Below, in pieces: positions 35,852 to 45,693 of a stretch of 47,265 bases of DNA. The position numbers and the translations under genes were made by a program. Location: positions 141 through 47,405 of the forward strand of contig MEMY01000047.1 in the NCBI GenBank assembly GCA_001768965.1, written 5' to 3'. The notes under the pieces are model-generated. The model had not been told where the DNA came from, ran no database searches, and saw only the letters and a list, made by a program, of their open reading frames with translations. How positions within the stretch are numbered: position 1 is the first letter of the stretch; each line of letters begins with the position of its first letter. This DNA is from an archaeon RBG_16_50_20. GTDB taxonomy: Archaea; Thermoproteota; Bathyarchaeia; 40CM-2-53-6.

Positions 35852-36424
35852 TCACTCTGTCTTGCCGTAGTCCTCCGCGAGCCTTCTCCTCTCAACGTTC
35901 CCGCAGGATGGACATTGAAGTCTTCTGGTCGTGAAATCGAGAATGCCTCCGCAACTAGAACAAAAGGCTTTCACAACTCCCAGACCCCGTCCTGCCGTCG
36001 TCAATTGGGGGATTCGGTTCGTCATGTCGATAACCCTGGCACGGATAATGTCACCGGCTTTACAGACGTCGGCCATATTCCTTTCGTACCGCGGACTCGA
36101 AGAGGAGATGTGAAGAATTGCTGTAAATGGGTTCTGCAGAGATTTTCCATTGATCTTCCAGATACTCACGGTAGCCATTTTCTCCTGTGCGTGAGTTACA
36201 GAGGCTAGAACCGTTGTACCTTCCCTTGGAAGCTCTGGGATCCTCGTGTTCGGCACGACTGTTACTCGCTTGTTTCTAAGATCAATCTTCGCAGTTCCTG
36301 TGAAGTTTGAATAGATTGTACCTTCCTGTTCGTAAGTACCAGCGCCAGGCAGAAACTGTTCTACAACTCCCAATTTATCTCCCGGGAGTACTGGCTGAAC
36401 CAATTCACGTGAATTCTTACTCAA
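35852..36424 (-). CDS. csl4: exosome complex RNA-binding subunit Csl4
   Basis: S1-like central domain and C-terminal zinc ribbon CSSCGG...CPSCG. It sits in the conserved dph2/methylase/csl4/rpoL neighbourhood. TTG start. Confidence 0.8.
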   Translation of the reverse strand: MSKNSRELVQPVLPGDKLGVVEQFLPGAGTYEQEGTIYSNFTGTAKIDLRNKRVTVVPNTRIPELPREGTTVLASVTHAQEKMATVSIWKINGKSLQNPFTAILHISSSSPRYERNMADVCKAGDIIRARVIDMTNRIPQLTTAGRGLGVVKAFCSSCGGILDFTTRRLQCPSCGNVERRRLAEDYGKTE

Positions 36425-36563
36425 TCAACAGCACCGAAATCAACAACCACCTGCTCTCGATATTTGTCGAACACTCTACTCTGTTCGGCTTTTTACTTGT
36501 GATTGCACTGATTCGCGAGCGTTAGATTGCGCCCCTGTATATAAGCACGGATATGAGAACGCA

Positions 36564-37220
36564 CTAGCTGTGTACTATTCTGTAAACGTCAACATCTACG
36601 TACTGTCTCCTCTTTGTGTGAAAGGAGAATTGGTGCGGAATCTCCATCCTGCTTGAAATTATTATATCCGAATTCGAGTCATGTTGAGTCAGCCAACGAC
36701 AAAGGTGGCTGCGTGTTGAGGACTTGTGGATGCTGTAGATTACGTTGGCTAATCTCAGCGCAACTTCAAGAAAATGTATGTCCGCGTGAGCTCGCTTGGT
36801 GCCAAAAGGGGGGTTCATCACAACTGTATCCACCGCTCCGCGGAGAGCTTCAATATTCCCCAAGACCAAGTCGATCTGCAATCCCAGTCGCCCACAGTTT
36901 TCTGCCGCTACTTCAAGGGCAGAATGGTCTAGGTCTACGCCGATCGCATATTCTGCTCCTAGGATCGAAGCTCCCAAAACAAGTCGTCCCGTCCCTGTGC
37001 CTAGATCGAGTACAGACTTGCCTTCGATATCGTCGTGCACATAACATGCACGAAACAGAATTTCCGCGGCTAGATCTGCGGGTACGGTATACTGTTCTAG
37101 AGCGACTTTGGGCCTCGGATGGGGCTGTATCGTCTGGAGTTTGATTACCAGATCTCGCTTGCGCACTGCGATTGCCTTGGAGGGCCCCTCGTCCATCTCC
37201 AAATGGAATCGCGAGGACAA
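36564..37220 (-). CDS. METTL5-like (COG2263) putative RNA N6-adenine methyltransferase
   Basis: SAM motif VLDLGTGTGRL plus the catalytic tetrad NPPFG (VVMNPPFGTK). Confidence 0.7.
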   Translation of the reverse strand: MSSRFHLEMDEGPSKAIAVRKRDLVIKLQTIQPHPRPKVALEQYTVPADLAAEILFRACYVHDDIEGKSVLDLGTGTGRLVLGASILGAEYAIGVDLDHSALEVAAENCGRLGLQIDLVLGNIEALRGAVDTVVMNPPFGTKRAHADIHFLEVALRLANVIYSIHKSSTRSHLCRWLTQHDSNSDIIISSRMEIPHQFSFHTKRRQYVDVDVYRIVHS

Positions 37221-37250
37221 TATTGATCTGGCGCTCCTAGGGTGAGACTC

Positions 37251-38261
37251 CTAGTGCCATTCTTCCAAGGTCATACCCTTCGTGTAGTCTTCCCACCGTT
37301 TCTTTCCAAGGGCGATCATGACTTCTTCAGGGTTTAGGATCGGTTTCCGATATCTCTCTTGGTCGTCTGTACTGATGCGTGGACATGAGATCTCGACGAA
37401 AGCTTCCAAGTCTGTGAAAGACTCTATACTCTCTGGGATAACTTCATTGGCGCAAAGGAGAACCGCGAAATAACCGTTCTCCTCTAGGAGTTGCTTGATT
37501 CGACGCGCAAGCGAGACGTTCATCTGGCTGCTCTTTAGACCGACAATTATTCCAACTTTCTTGGCATCTTTGAACTTGGTAATGCTGATCCACCTTTTTC
37601 GCAAGAGCCGCTTGCAGACCTCGGTCATGTCTCTAGCAGTTCTCTGGAATGGGTCCACGACTATCGTTCGTTTTCCCGTCGCGAGAGGTATCCCGATTGC
37701 ATGGAAATCTCCACCGCTCAAGACTACTATTGCGTCCACCTTTTCCGCAATCGCTCGTAAACTTCCGTAGTCGCATCCCAAGACTTGACCTGGATACTTC
37801 AGCCAACCTGATGGCCGACCTATCAGCACCGCTTTTCCGTGATCTTCGAGAATTTTCCTCGCATGATCGAGTTGAGAGATATGCTGAACGTTAGAGGCTA
37901 GTCCGATCACATGTTCCTTTTCCAACATTTCAACTGCCTTCAACATTGGTTCATCAATGGGAACGCCGGCTCGCGCTTCAACGTACAAGACTTCCTCATC
38001 AGGGAATTCACCAGGTATCTCTGCATGTCCCACATGCACGAGCAAGTCCGCCTCAATTGCCTTCTTGGGCATTAGCGCTAGATCACAGGCACCATAGCAA
38101 GGATCGCCTGAGATGAAAACTTCCGCACCAGTATCTTTCTCGAGAAGCTTTGCTAATCTGAATCCGATCGGTTTCAGTCCTTCAGGCATCTGTAGAAGGA
38201 CGCGTTTGGAGCCTCGTTTCCTTATCTCCTCGATTACCCTGTTCTCTTCAAGCTGATACAA
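37251..38261 (-). CDS. dph2: 2-(3-amino-3-carboxypropyl)histidine synthase Dph2 (diphthamide biosynthesis)
   Basis: RVLLQMPEGLK N-terminus, three-domain length (336 aa) and conserved cysteines. TTG start. Confidence 0.8.
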   Translation of the reverse strand: MYQLEENRVIEEIRKRGSKRVLLQMPEGLKPIGFRLAKLLEKDTGAEVFISGDPCYGACDLALMPKKAIEADLLVHVGHAEIPGEFPDEEVLYVEARAGVPIDEPMLKAVEMLEKEHVIGLASNVQHISQLDHARKILEDHGKAVLIGRPSGWLKYPGQVLGCDYGSLRAIAEKVDAIVVLSGGDFHAIGIPLATGKRTIVVDPFQRTARDMTEVCKRLLRKRWISITKFKDAKKVGIIVGLKSSQMNVSLARRIKQLLEENGYFAVLLCANEVIPESIESFTDLEAFVEISCPRISTDDQERYRKPILNPEEVMIALGKKRWEDYTKGMTLEEWH

Positions 38262-38487
38262 GGTTCAACAGTGGCCTAGCTGGCAAACCCCGCAACTTAA
38301 CCGTTCTCCAATGCGAGAGGTTGGAGTCGAGGTGTGGAAAGACAAGCGCGCTCAAAATCATGATGTTGGAGAGAGTGTGGATTTTGCCGGACCGACGCCT
38401 ATGAAGATGGAGGGGCGAAATGGTGGTTCTTTGTAGACGAAGAACTACATCTTTCCTTAGCCCACGAAAAGAACGGGTTTCTCCTTA

Positions 38488-39012
38488 TTATGCCGCTGTG
38501 GCCTGTGGAGGTTGCGCAATTAGGTGTTCTTGGTTGATGGTACAGGTGACTGGAAGTTTCGTTGAACCAACTCGTAGAGCCGCTTTCGCCGCTTCCAGCG
38601 CATTAGTGTTAACATAAATGTCCAAGATCGCTTGCCCCGTTTTGATCCTCGCAGCTCTGCCTGTAGGTTTGCCGAATGCTCTGCGCATTCCTTCCTGTAA
38701 CCTGTCGGCTCCTGCTGTTGCGATCATGCGGTTTTCTCGCAAAATGACGTGGGGGTATACTCGGAGATGTATCTTGTAGCCCGTTTCTCCCAAGGCGTTA
38801 AATAGAACCTTGTTCGCCGCGACTCGAGCGGCTTCAAGAGCGTTGTGCCTTATCTGAACTGGCCCCTGGGCAACCAACGAAAATCTGTACTCGAACTGGG
38901 CCTTTGTGTCTCCCATCATGAACTTGGATATCTTGGGAGGAGGGGTTCCGTGGATATACTTCATCCTAGTGTAAGGTTGTCCCTTGATTTGTCGATAGTT
39001 GCGACCCTTCAT
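38488..39012 (-). CDS. rpl10e: 50S ribosomal protein L10e (uL16)
   Basis: MKGRNYRQIKGQPYTRMKYIHGTPPPKISKF is canonical. Confidence 0.9.
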   Translation of the reverse strand: MKGRNYRQIKGQPYTRMKYIHGTPPPKISKFMMGDTKAQFEYRFSLVAQGPVQIRHNALEAARVAANKVLFNALGETGYKIHLRVYPHVILRENRMIATAGADRLQEGMRRAFGKPTGRAARIKTGQAILDIYVNTNALEAAKAALRVGSTKLPVTCTINQEHLIAQPPQATAA

Positions 39013-39053
39013 GTTTCATCCGCTCGAAGGTTCTAGCGTGAATGTGAAGTGAG

Positions 39054-39755
39054 CTACTTAAGTTTACCAAGTTTCGCGGAGGCTTTCCTGAAAATGCCGA
39101 CCAATAATGATGCCTCACGACTAGAAATGAAAGACCGTGAGATCACGTTTCGGAAGGCACGCTGTGCCAATCTTCGCTTATGTGGTTGAAGGTCGCTTAC
39201 CGCGGCCAGATGATCAAACTGCAGCAAGAGCCTTTTCTTCGCGGGTTGAGATGCACGCCCCGATTGGTTGGCGGCCTTACGGTGAAAGAGTTCATAGAAC
39301 AAAATCGAGGCGGCTACTGCGATGTTGAGGACGTTGTATTCGCGGCTCGCGGGTATTGTGACCATGAAATCGCATGCCTCCACCTCTTGATTGTTTAACC
39401 CAGAACTCTCCCTCCCGAACACGATTCCCAGGATCCCTTTAGATGTGGAGGTTCTCTCAGCCAGCTGCTTCGGCGTGATTGCTACTCGGGACAAGTTTGA
39501 TGAGCTTCTTGCCGCAACAGAACTCGTTCCCGCTACCGCGTCGACATCCTTGATGGCTTGGTCGAAAGAAGTAACGATTTTCGCTGATTCGAGAATCGGA
39601 AGACCTCGCATCGCGAATGCTCTAGCTTCACCGTTGATCCGGGTTTTCGGGTTTACGATCCAGAGATCGCCCAGATCGAAGTTCCTCATTGAACGGGCCA
39701 CAGAGCCGATATTCCCTGACTTCTCAGGTTCGAGCAGAATTACTCTAATTAGCAC
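39054..39755 (-). CDS. SPOUT-family tRNA/rRNA 2-prime-O-methyltransferase (TrmJ-like)
   Basis: IRVILLEPEKSGNIGSVARSMRNFDL, FGRESSGL and IPASREYNVLNIAVAASI motifs. Confidence 0.75.
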   Translation of the reverse strand: MLIRVILLEPEKSGNIGSVARSMRNFDLGDLWIVNPKTRINGEARAFAMRGLPILESAKIVTSFDQAIKDVDAVAGTSSVAARSSSNLSRVAITPKQLAERTSTSKGILGIVFGRESSGLNNQEVEACDFMVTIPASREYNVLNIAVAASILFYELFHRKAANQSGRASQPAKKRLLLQFDHLAAVSDLQPHKRRLAQRAFRNVISRSFISSREASLLVGIFRKASAKLGKLK

Positions 39756-40593
39756 TCGGATCGCCCTCTGTGCTCGACTCCATCAGAAATCCTGCAATCT
39801 CGTCTGAAAGGGTTACGAATTCTTGGAGTGTAGTTTCAAAAACTCGTTTTTCAGGAACTTGAGCTCGCTGGAGTATTCTTTCGGACTGATTGGGAAAGTG
39901 CGATTTCAGGTACCTGGTCAGAACCCCTTTCAATTTTCTGCGACGCTGTGTAAACAGCATTCGGACCATATCTTCGAATAACGCTCTATCTGCGAAAGTA
40001 GGCTCTTGGGCAGGCGTGATCGTCACCAAGGCCGAATCTACCCTGGGTTTTGGATAGAAGGCTGAGCGCGGGATTTTCTCAACGAATTTGGCCTCCCCCT
40101 TACTTTGAAGCATAACAGTCAGCCTTCCATAGTCACGCGACCCGCTTGGCGCCGTTAACCTGTCGACGAATTCCTTCTGTAACAAGAGTGCTGCGAGCGC
40201 GAATCTACTGTCCAATATGAGCAGTACCAGTTTCGATGAGATGTTGTATGGTGGACTGGAGACTATCTTAGCGTTATCGGGAATTCTTGTCTTGAGCGCA
40301 TCTGCTTCCATCACGGTCAAGTTCTTGTAGTTTGAAAATTTCCTCCTTAGGTAGGTTGCTAACGTTCGATCTTTTTCGATCGCAATCACATGCCCTGCTT
40401 TCGCTGCTATGATCGGTGTAAGAAAGCCTAGTCCAGGCCCTACCTCAAGTACAGTATCGTCGCGAGTCAGTTCAGCTAGTTGAATTAGTTGATCTCGAAC
40501 TCTCGTGTCGATGAGGAAATGCTGGCCGAATCGCTTGAGCGGAGGTATGCCTAGCGTTTCGAGTTCGCGGCGCGCCCAAGCCAAATCAGACAC
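39745..40593 (-). CDS. ksgA: 16S rRNA dimethyladenosine transferase KsgA/Dim1
   Basis: FGQHFLID, VLEVGPGLGFLT and SSPPYNISS motifs. Confidence 0.9.
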   Translation of the reverse strand: MSDLAWARRELETLGIPPLKRFGQHFLIDTRVRDQLIQLAELTRDDTVLEVGPGLGFLTPIIAAKAGHVIAIEKDRTLATYLRRKFSNYKNLTVMEADALKTRIPDNAKIVSSPPYNISSKLVLLILDSRFALAALLLQKEFVDRLTAPSGSRDYGRLTVMLQSKGEAKFVEKIPRSAFYPKPRVDSALVTITPAQEPTFADRALFEDMVRMLFTQRRRKLKGVLTRYLKSHFPNQSERILQRAQVPEKRVFETTLQEFVTLSDEIAGFLMESSTEGDPSAN

Positions 40594-40622
40594 CAGATTG
40601 CTCTTCGATTTGGATAAGACTG

Positions 40623-41723
40623 CTATCCATGCAGAAACTTGGAGATGTCGGTTTGTCCGCTTCTTCTTGACAATCCCGAAAGTCTAACGCCTATCCTTCG
40701 GGCGACGGCGTTAGGCATCGATTGCAGGAACTGCTCGATCAAGTCCTTGACGTTCTTGGTGATGGTCTTGACGTCTGCGGTGGGTGATTCGAGTGTTCTC
40801 GATTTGCTGTGTATGCTTAGGTCATGTAGGATGGCAATGATGCCCACCGACTTGCAGGTCATATCTGTCTCTGCCAATTTCTGCGCTACGGAGTTGGTGA
40901 GCTCTTCTAGTAATGGCATCATCTCAGACATGTCTCGAGTGTTTTTCTTCAATGTCGCAATTCGGCTGAACTGTGTCGGTTGCTCTCTTTCCCTTACTGG
41001 CTCATCATCTTCTCCCCGGGCAGCGTGATACAAGTAGGGTCCCAGGCTCTTTCCGAACGTTTCGATCAGATTTGTTGCGTCTAGGGCTCGAAGTTGACTA
41101 ACCGTTTGAACTTTCAGATGATTGAGATTCTCTTCGACTTTCTTTCCCACCCCCGGAATCTTGTCTACTGGCAATCCTGCAATGAAGGCGGCGAGCTCTC
41201 CGGGGTTTACTATAGTGAGGCCGTTCGGTTTGTTGTGATCCGAGGCTATCTTAGCGAGAAGTTTGTTGGGTGCGATGCCGATTGAGCACGTGATGTGCTC
41301 CTGTTCTAGAATCTGCTGCTTCATCTCTGCTGCAATTTCAGCTGCTTTTTCGAAGCTTCCGCTCGTTCTGTTTGTGATTTCAAGATAGGCTTCGTCGATT
41401 CCAGCCTTTTCAAATGAATCGGCACAATTCCTTAGCATATCCATTATTCTATCAGACACTTCCTCGTATAGAGATCGGTTCATCGGCAGGAATACAGCTT
41501 CAGCTGTTTCGAGTAACTTCTTCGCGCGGGCGATAGGGATCCCAGCTTTGACACCGTATTTTCTAGCGAGATAATTGCTGGTGCTAACAACTCCGCTCTC
41601 CTCTGTGCGCCCGGAATAGACACAGACAATCACCGGTTTTTCGCGATTGCTGGGGTTCAGGTTCTCTTCGCACTGTGCATAGAAATAGTCCAGGTCAACA
41701 TGTATGACTACTCTTTGAGTCAA
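40623..41723 (-). CDS. dpo4: Y-family DNA polymerase IV (Dpo4/Dbh)
   Basis: VIHVDLDYFYAQCEE, GIDEAYLE and PVDKIPGVGKK motifs. Confidence 0.9.
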   Translation of the reverse strand: MTQRVVIHVDLDYFYAQCEENLNPSNREKPVIVCVYSGRTEESGVVSTSNYLARKYGVKAGIPIARAKKLLETAEAVFLPMNRSLYEEVSDRIMDMLRNCADSFEKAGIDEAYLEITNRTSGSFEKAAEIAAEMKQQILEQEHITCSIGIAPNKLLAKIASDHNKPNGLTIVNPGELAAFIAGLPVDKIPGVGKKVEENLNHLKVQTVSQLRALDATNLIETFGKSLGPYLYHAARGEDDEPVREREQPTQFSRIATLKKNTRDMSEMMPLLEELTNSVAQKLAETDMTCKSVGIIAILHDLSIHSKSRTLESPTADVKTITKNVKDLIEQFLQSMPNAVARRIGVRLSGLSRRSGQTDISKFLHG

Positions 41724-41762
41724 ACCGGCAGCTCTCTTTCCACCACGTCGATGTGGACAGTC

Positions 41763-42407
41763 TTACATTGCTCGTGAGAAGATGCGATATTTTTCTCCGC
41801 CGCTAAGTTCGTCAAGAATTCTCTTGGCGATAACCTTGACTGGGTCCCCTACGCTCGTGCGATCCTGAATGTCCTTGAAGCTTGTGAATTGCTTCTTCTC
41901 CCGGGCATTGATTATCTGCCACATCGATTTCTTTCCGATACCGGGTAACAATTCCAATGCATGCATCCGCGGTGTGATCGCTTGTGAGTTGTTGAAGAAG
42001 GTAACAAATCGCTGTTCGTGATTCGCGATGAGTTCTTCGAGCACTGAGAGCACCTCAGCTTTCGAGTTGGCCGTAAGATCAGTGTATCCGATCCTTCCGA
42101 TGATCCGATTTATCTTTTCGCGGCGGTCTTTTCCTATGTAGACTCGCTCATGGAGGTTGACTTGAGCGCCTGGTCGTACCTCTGCTTCGAGCAGTGTGAA
42201 GTAGGTCTCGCCAATCACCTGGACCGTGGGCAGGGCCAGATGTCGTTGCTTGTCACTTACGGGTCTACCGTATTGAAGATAATCTAGCACGTATGCATAT
42301 TCCTCGTAAAGGCGAGGGGGAACGCTACCCTCTGAAGTCGGCCTGGACGTCTGTAAAGGGGAAGAGGTGCTTCTTGCCTCCGCTGGACTTTCCCTATGTT
42401 CACTCAT
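41763..42407 (-). CDS. DUF655 (COG1491) nucleic-acid-binding protein with OB-like and HhH regions
   Basis: YAYVLDYLQYGRP and LELLPGIGKKSMWQIINAR. It occupies the conserved position between rpoF and ksgA. Confidence 0.7.
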   Translation of the reverse strand: MSEHRESPAEARSTSSPLQTSRPTSEGSVPPRLYEEYAYVLDYLQYGRPVSDKQRHLALPTVQVIGETYFTLLEAEVRPGAQVNLHERVYIGKDRREKINRIIGRIGYTDLTANSKAEVLSVLEELIANHEQRFVTFFNNSQAITPRMHALELLPGIGKKSMWQIINAREKKQFTSFKDIQDRTSVGDPVKVIAKRILDELSGGEKYRIFSRAM

Positions 42408-42606
42408 TGTCTTTGTCTCCAGAATTCGCTGCGCTGACCGGCATCTTAGGGCGTGCAGTTCTGCAGCCTGTGTGTTTCATCAATTGCTGTTTCTGCACGA
42501 CTCAGCCTAGAATTTTGCAAAGTCCAGCGTGTCCGCTCAGTCACGTGGTTTTGCCGGGAAAAAAGCCTTCCTATATAGAGGTGGTCGGCTGAGTCAGAGA
42601 TTCTAG

Positions 42607-42948
42607 CTATTCGCGGTAGTTATTGACAAGTTTCAGAATATCCTCAAGCTGCGTGGCTCCGATTATTCTTCCTTTGATGGTCAGGATCGTACGGAGCTCT
42701 TCTACGTAGCGTGGCATGGTGTTTACTATTTGGATCGCATCTTTCCTGTCTAGTTGGAATTTCTCGGATAGCTCTTTGACTAGCTTCTCCGCTTTCGCGG
42801 GAGGAATCTTCGAGAACTTTGAAGCATAATCCAAAGTCCGTCTCTGGAATTCTCCTAATTCCTCTTCTTTTGCTCGCTCCAAGATCCGCTTGGCTTCAGT
42901 CGTGGGACTGGGTCTTGAGTCTATGATCTTCCTGGGCAAAACGTTCAA
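42607..42948 (-). CDS. rpoF: DNA-directed RNA polymerase subunit F (Rpo4)
   Basis: 113-aa helical protein immediately downstream of L21e. The pattern (RTLDYASKFSKIPPAKAEKLVKELS ... IVNTMPRYVEELRTIL) fits the Rpb4/RpoF family. Confidence 0.7.
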   Translation of the reverse strand: MNVLPRKIIDSRPSPTTEAKRILERAKEEELGEFQRRTLDYASKFSKIPPAKAEKLVKELSEKFQLDRKDAIQIVNTMPRYVEELRTILTIKGRIIGATQLEDILKLVNNYRE

Positions 42949-42949
42949 C

Positions 42950-43240
42950 TCAGTGTGCGGGCGTCAGATGTTCGGGACGTGCAATGATCTGCTTCGTCTG
43001 ATTTCCCATCTCCACATGCACAACGTAGGATTTTCCGCGCTTGCTGTGGATTATTCCAACTCTTCCATGATAGCGCCTGTGAGGCATGCCTTTGTGGACG
43101 GATGGTTCAATCAGAATTGTGACCTTCTCTCCAGGTTGGTATACTCTCAGAATCCTGCTTAATCCGATCTTTCCGCGCTCACGGGGCTTCTTGCGAAGAA
43201 GAGCCCGTGTTCTAGAACGATAACCCTTTGACCGCCTCAT
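42950..43240 (-). CDS. rpl21e: 50S ribosomal protein L21e
   Basis: MRRSKGYRSRTRALLRKKPRERGK ... HRRYHGRVG is canonical. Confidence 0.9.
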   Translation of the reverse strand: MRRSKGYRSRTRALLRKKPRERGKIGLSRILRVYQPGEKVTILIEPSVHKGMPHRRYHGRVGIIHSKRGKSYVVHVEMGNQTKQIIARPEHLTPAH

Positions 43241-43448
43241 TGAGCATGCCCTTGAATTTTGTCAGCACACTAACACGCGGGCTAATTAACCTTCTTGGCC
43301 GCGAGTGGTCTCGGTTTTCACTTAGTCCCAGGAAAATAGTTGGAATGCGAAATCGATGGCGCGCCCGAGATGAGGGTTCACTCTATGTTCTTCAATAGGA
43401 ATCTGAAGATGTGTCATGGTACGCTGGATTGACGGCGAGACTTCATGG

Positions 43449-44786
43449 CTACCTTCGGACCTGGAAGGGCATCCCCTTGCCGAATGCGGCGCCACGTCGT
43501 TTCATGCTTTTCATCATTTTCTTCATCATGAAGTATTGATTGATCATTTCCTTGACCTCCTTGTCTGAGGTTCCAGAGCCTCTAGCGATCCTTCGAGCTC
43601 TCGATGAGTCAACGAGCTTTGGATCTTCAACCTCCTTCCTCGTCATCGACTGAATGATGACCTTCCATGAGTCTAGTTTCTTCTCAGCAGTCTCCATTGC
43701 ATCATCAGGCAGGTTCACGCCGCCAGGTATCATCCCCATCAGCTTTTTCAGCGGGCCCATTTTCCGGACTGCGATCATCTGGTCATACATGTCCTTGAGT
43801 GTGAACTTGCCTTCGAGGAACGCTCTGGCTTTCTTCTCAGGAACAACGACTTCTGCTTCGCGAACTTTCTCGACTAGGGCTTTGATATCCCCCATTCCAA
43901 GTATGCGACCAACGAAACTGGAAGGAATGAACTGTTCGATGTCATCGATCTTCTCTCCGGTTCCTACAAATTTGATCTTGGCATGAGTCGCAGCTACTGC
44001 TGAGAGGGCGCCGCCTCCCTTTGCGGTTCCATCAAGCTTCGTGACCAGTATCGAACCAATCTTCGTCGTTTCGTTGAACGCGGTTGCTTGGGACATTGCT
44101 GCCTGCCCGATAGAGGCGTCAATTGCAAGGATGATTTCGTTAGGCTGGATCAGATTTGCCAATTCCTTCATTTCAGCCATGAGTTCACCTTCGTCCTTGT
44201 GGCGACCCGCCGTGTCGACGATGATCAGATCGTTCTTTTGGTTAGTGAACTGTTCCATTCCTTTTCTGACGATCTTCAAGACATCTTTCGAAGCGGGTTC
44301 ACCGTAAACAGGTACATTCACTCTCTCAGCAAGCTGCTTCAGCTGGTCGAATGCCCCAGGTCGATAGGTATCAGCGCAGACGATAGCTGGACGCATGCCT
44401 CGCTTTTGATAAAAGCGCGCTAGCTTCACGGAGGCTGTTGTTTTGCCCGTACCCTGAATCCCGACAAGCATGATGACCTGAGTCTGGCCTGGTTCAACTG
44501 TCAGCTTGGTCGGTTCTTCTCCGAGGAAGCGCGTTAGCTCCTCGTATAGGACTTTGATTACGTGCTCTCGTCTGGATATCCCAGGAGGCAGCTTCTCTTC
44601 TAGAGATCTCTTCTCAACTGCTTGAGAGATTTGGAGAACTAAATTCACGTTAACGTCAGATTGCAGGAGCGCTCTTTGCAGGTCACGGACGAGTTCTTTG
44701 ACGGCCTTCTCGTCCACAATCGCGAGGCGGAGCAGTTTTTTCACAGCGTCATTCAGTGACTTTCCAAGGCCTTCGAGGGCGCTCAT
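43449..44786 (-). CDS. srp54: signal recognition particle protein SRP54
   Basis: N domain, G domain (VGIQGTGKTT, DTAGR, TKLDG) and a methionine-rich M domain (QYFMMKKMMKSMKRR). Confidence 0.95.
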   Translation of the reverse strand: MSALEGLGKSLNDAVKKLLRLAIVDEKAVKELVRDLQRALLQSDVNVNLVLQISQAVEKRSLEEKLPPGISRREHVIKVLYEELTRFLGEEPTKLTVEPGQTQVIMLVGIQGTGKTTASVKLARFYQKRGMRPAIVCADTYRPGAFDQLKQLAERVNVPVYGEPASKDVLKIVRKGMEQFTNQKNDLIIVDTAGRHKDEGELMAEMKELANLIQPNEIILAIDASIGQAAMSQATAFNETTKIGSILVTKLDGTAKGGGALSAVAATHAKIKFVGTGEKIDDIEQFIPSSFVGRILGMGDIKALVEKVREAEVVVPEKKARAFLEGKFTLKDMYDQMIAVRKMGPLKKLMGMIPGGVNLPDDAMETAEKKLDSWKVIIQSMTRKEVEDPKLVDSSRARRIARGSGTSDKEVKEMINQYFMMKKMMKSMKRRGAAFGKGMPFQVRR

Positions 44787-44862
44787 TCTGCTTCTCCTAG
44801 TATGTTCCGTTTGATCGCATTCTCGAATGATTTAGGGTTCTATTCAACTTATGTGCGAACCA

Positions 44863-44870
44863 TTTAATTA
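44863..44870 (+). promoter_or_regulatory. candidate TATA box (TTTAATTA)
   Basis: Lies downstream of the track start (44851) and about 56 nt upstream of the ATG at 44926, which supports the shorter gene model. Confidence 0.3.
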
Positions 44871-44925
44871 CTCGCTAATCCTGCATGAGCATTGGTTCCT
44901 CGATCAGTTAGAAGGTTGTGTGGCT

Positions 44926-45687
44926 ATGTCGAAGAGGCTGTCTGAGAAAGACGGCTTCCGAATAGTGGAGACTTCACCAATACCCAAGAAAGCAGTCATG
45001 ATCAATGGTCTACCAGATGTCGGCCTTGTGGGCTTACTCGCAGCTTCACACATCATAAGCTCACTGAAACTGGAGGAAGTTGGTTCCCTCGAATCCGATC
45101 TGCTTCCCCCCATGATCGTTCTACATGGCGGAATTCCGAAATCTCCGGTTCGAATTTTCGCGGGCGAGTCTTTAGTGGTTGTGATCTCAGAAACTGTGAT
45201 CCCCGTCTCACTCCTTCGACCACTTGCGAATGACCTAGTTGAGTGGGCGCAGAGCAACAGTACTGAACTTGTGTTATCATTGGGTGGTATGGCCGTCGCC
45301 AACCGGCAAGACATTGACGCACCAAAAGTCTTCGCCGCAATCTCTGAAAGGAAACTTGAGTCCAGATTGAATGGAGCAGCTGAAGTCCTTGAGGAGGGTT
45401 ACATAGTTGGTGCTTATGGTCTGCTGCTTCGCCGATGCGCGGAAGCATCTGTCCCAGCCATTACGTTGTTGACTCAGTCGTACTACAACTACCCTGATCC
45501 GGTGGCGGCTGGAGCGTCATTGAACGCTGTAAACAGGATATTGGGGTTGAGCATTGATGTCTCGGAACTGTTGAGGCGAGGGGAAGAGATTCGATTGCGC
45601 AGTAAAGATATGATGCATCGAACCCAAGAGGAGCTCGCTAAGATGAACAAGGCCCACGAATACGACTTGCCTCCATTATACGGGTGA
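44926..45687 (+). CDS. PAC2-family proteasome assembly chaperone (PbaA/PbaB-like) with C-terminal HbYX motif
   Basis: VMINGLPDVGLVGLLAASHII is the PAC2 N-terminal signature. The protein ends in ...PPLYG (hydrophobic-Tyr-X). Confidence 0.7.
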   Translation: MSKRLSEKDGFRIVETSPIPKKAVMINGLPDVGLVGLLAASHIISSLKLEEVGSLESDLLPPMIVLHGGIPKSPVRIFAGESLVVVISETVIPVSLLRPLANDLVEWAQSNSTELVLSLGGMAVANRQDIDAPKVFAAISERKLESRLNGAAEVLEEGYIVGAYGLLLRRCAEASVPAITLLTQSYYNYPDPVAAGASLNAVNRILGLSIDVSELLRRGEEIRLRSKDMMHRTQEELAKMNKAHEYDLPPLYG

Positions 45688-45693
45688 GCTTGT

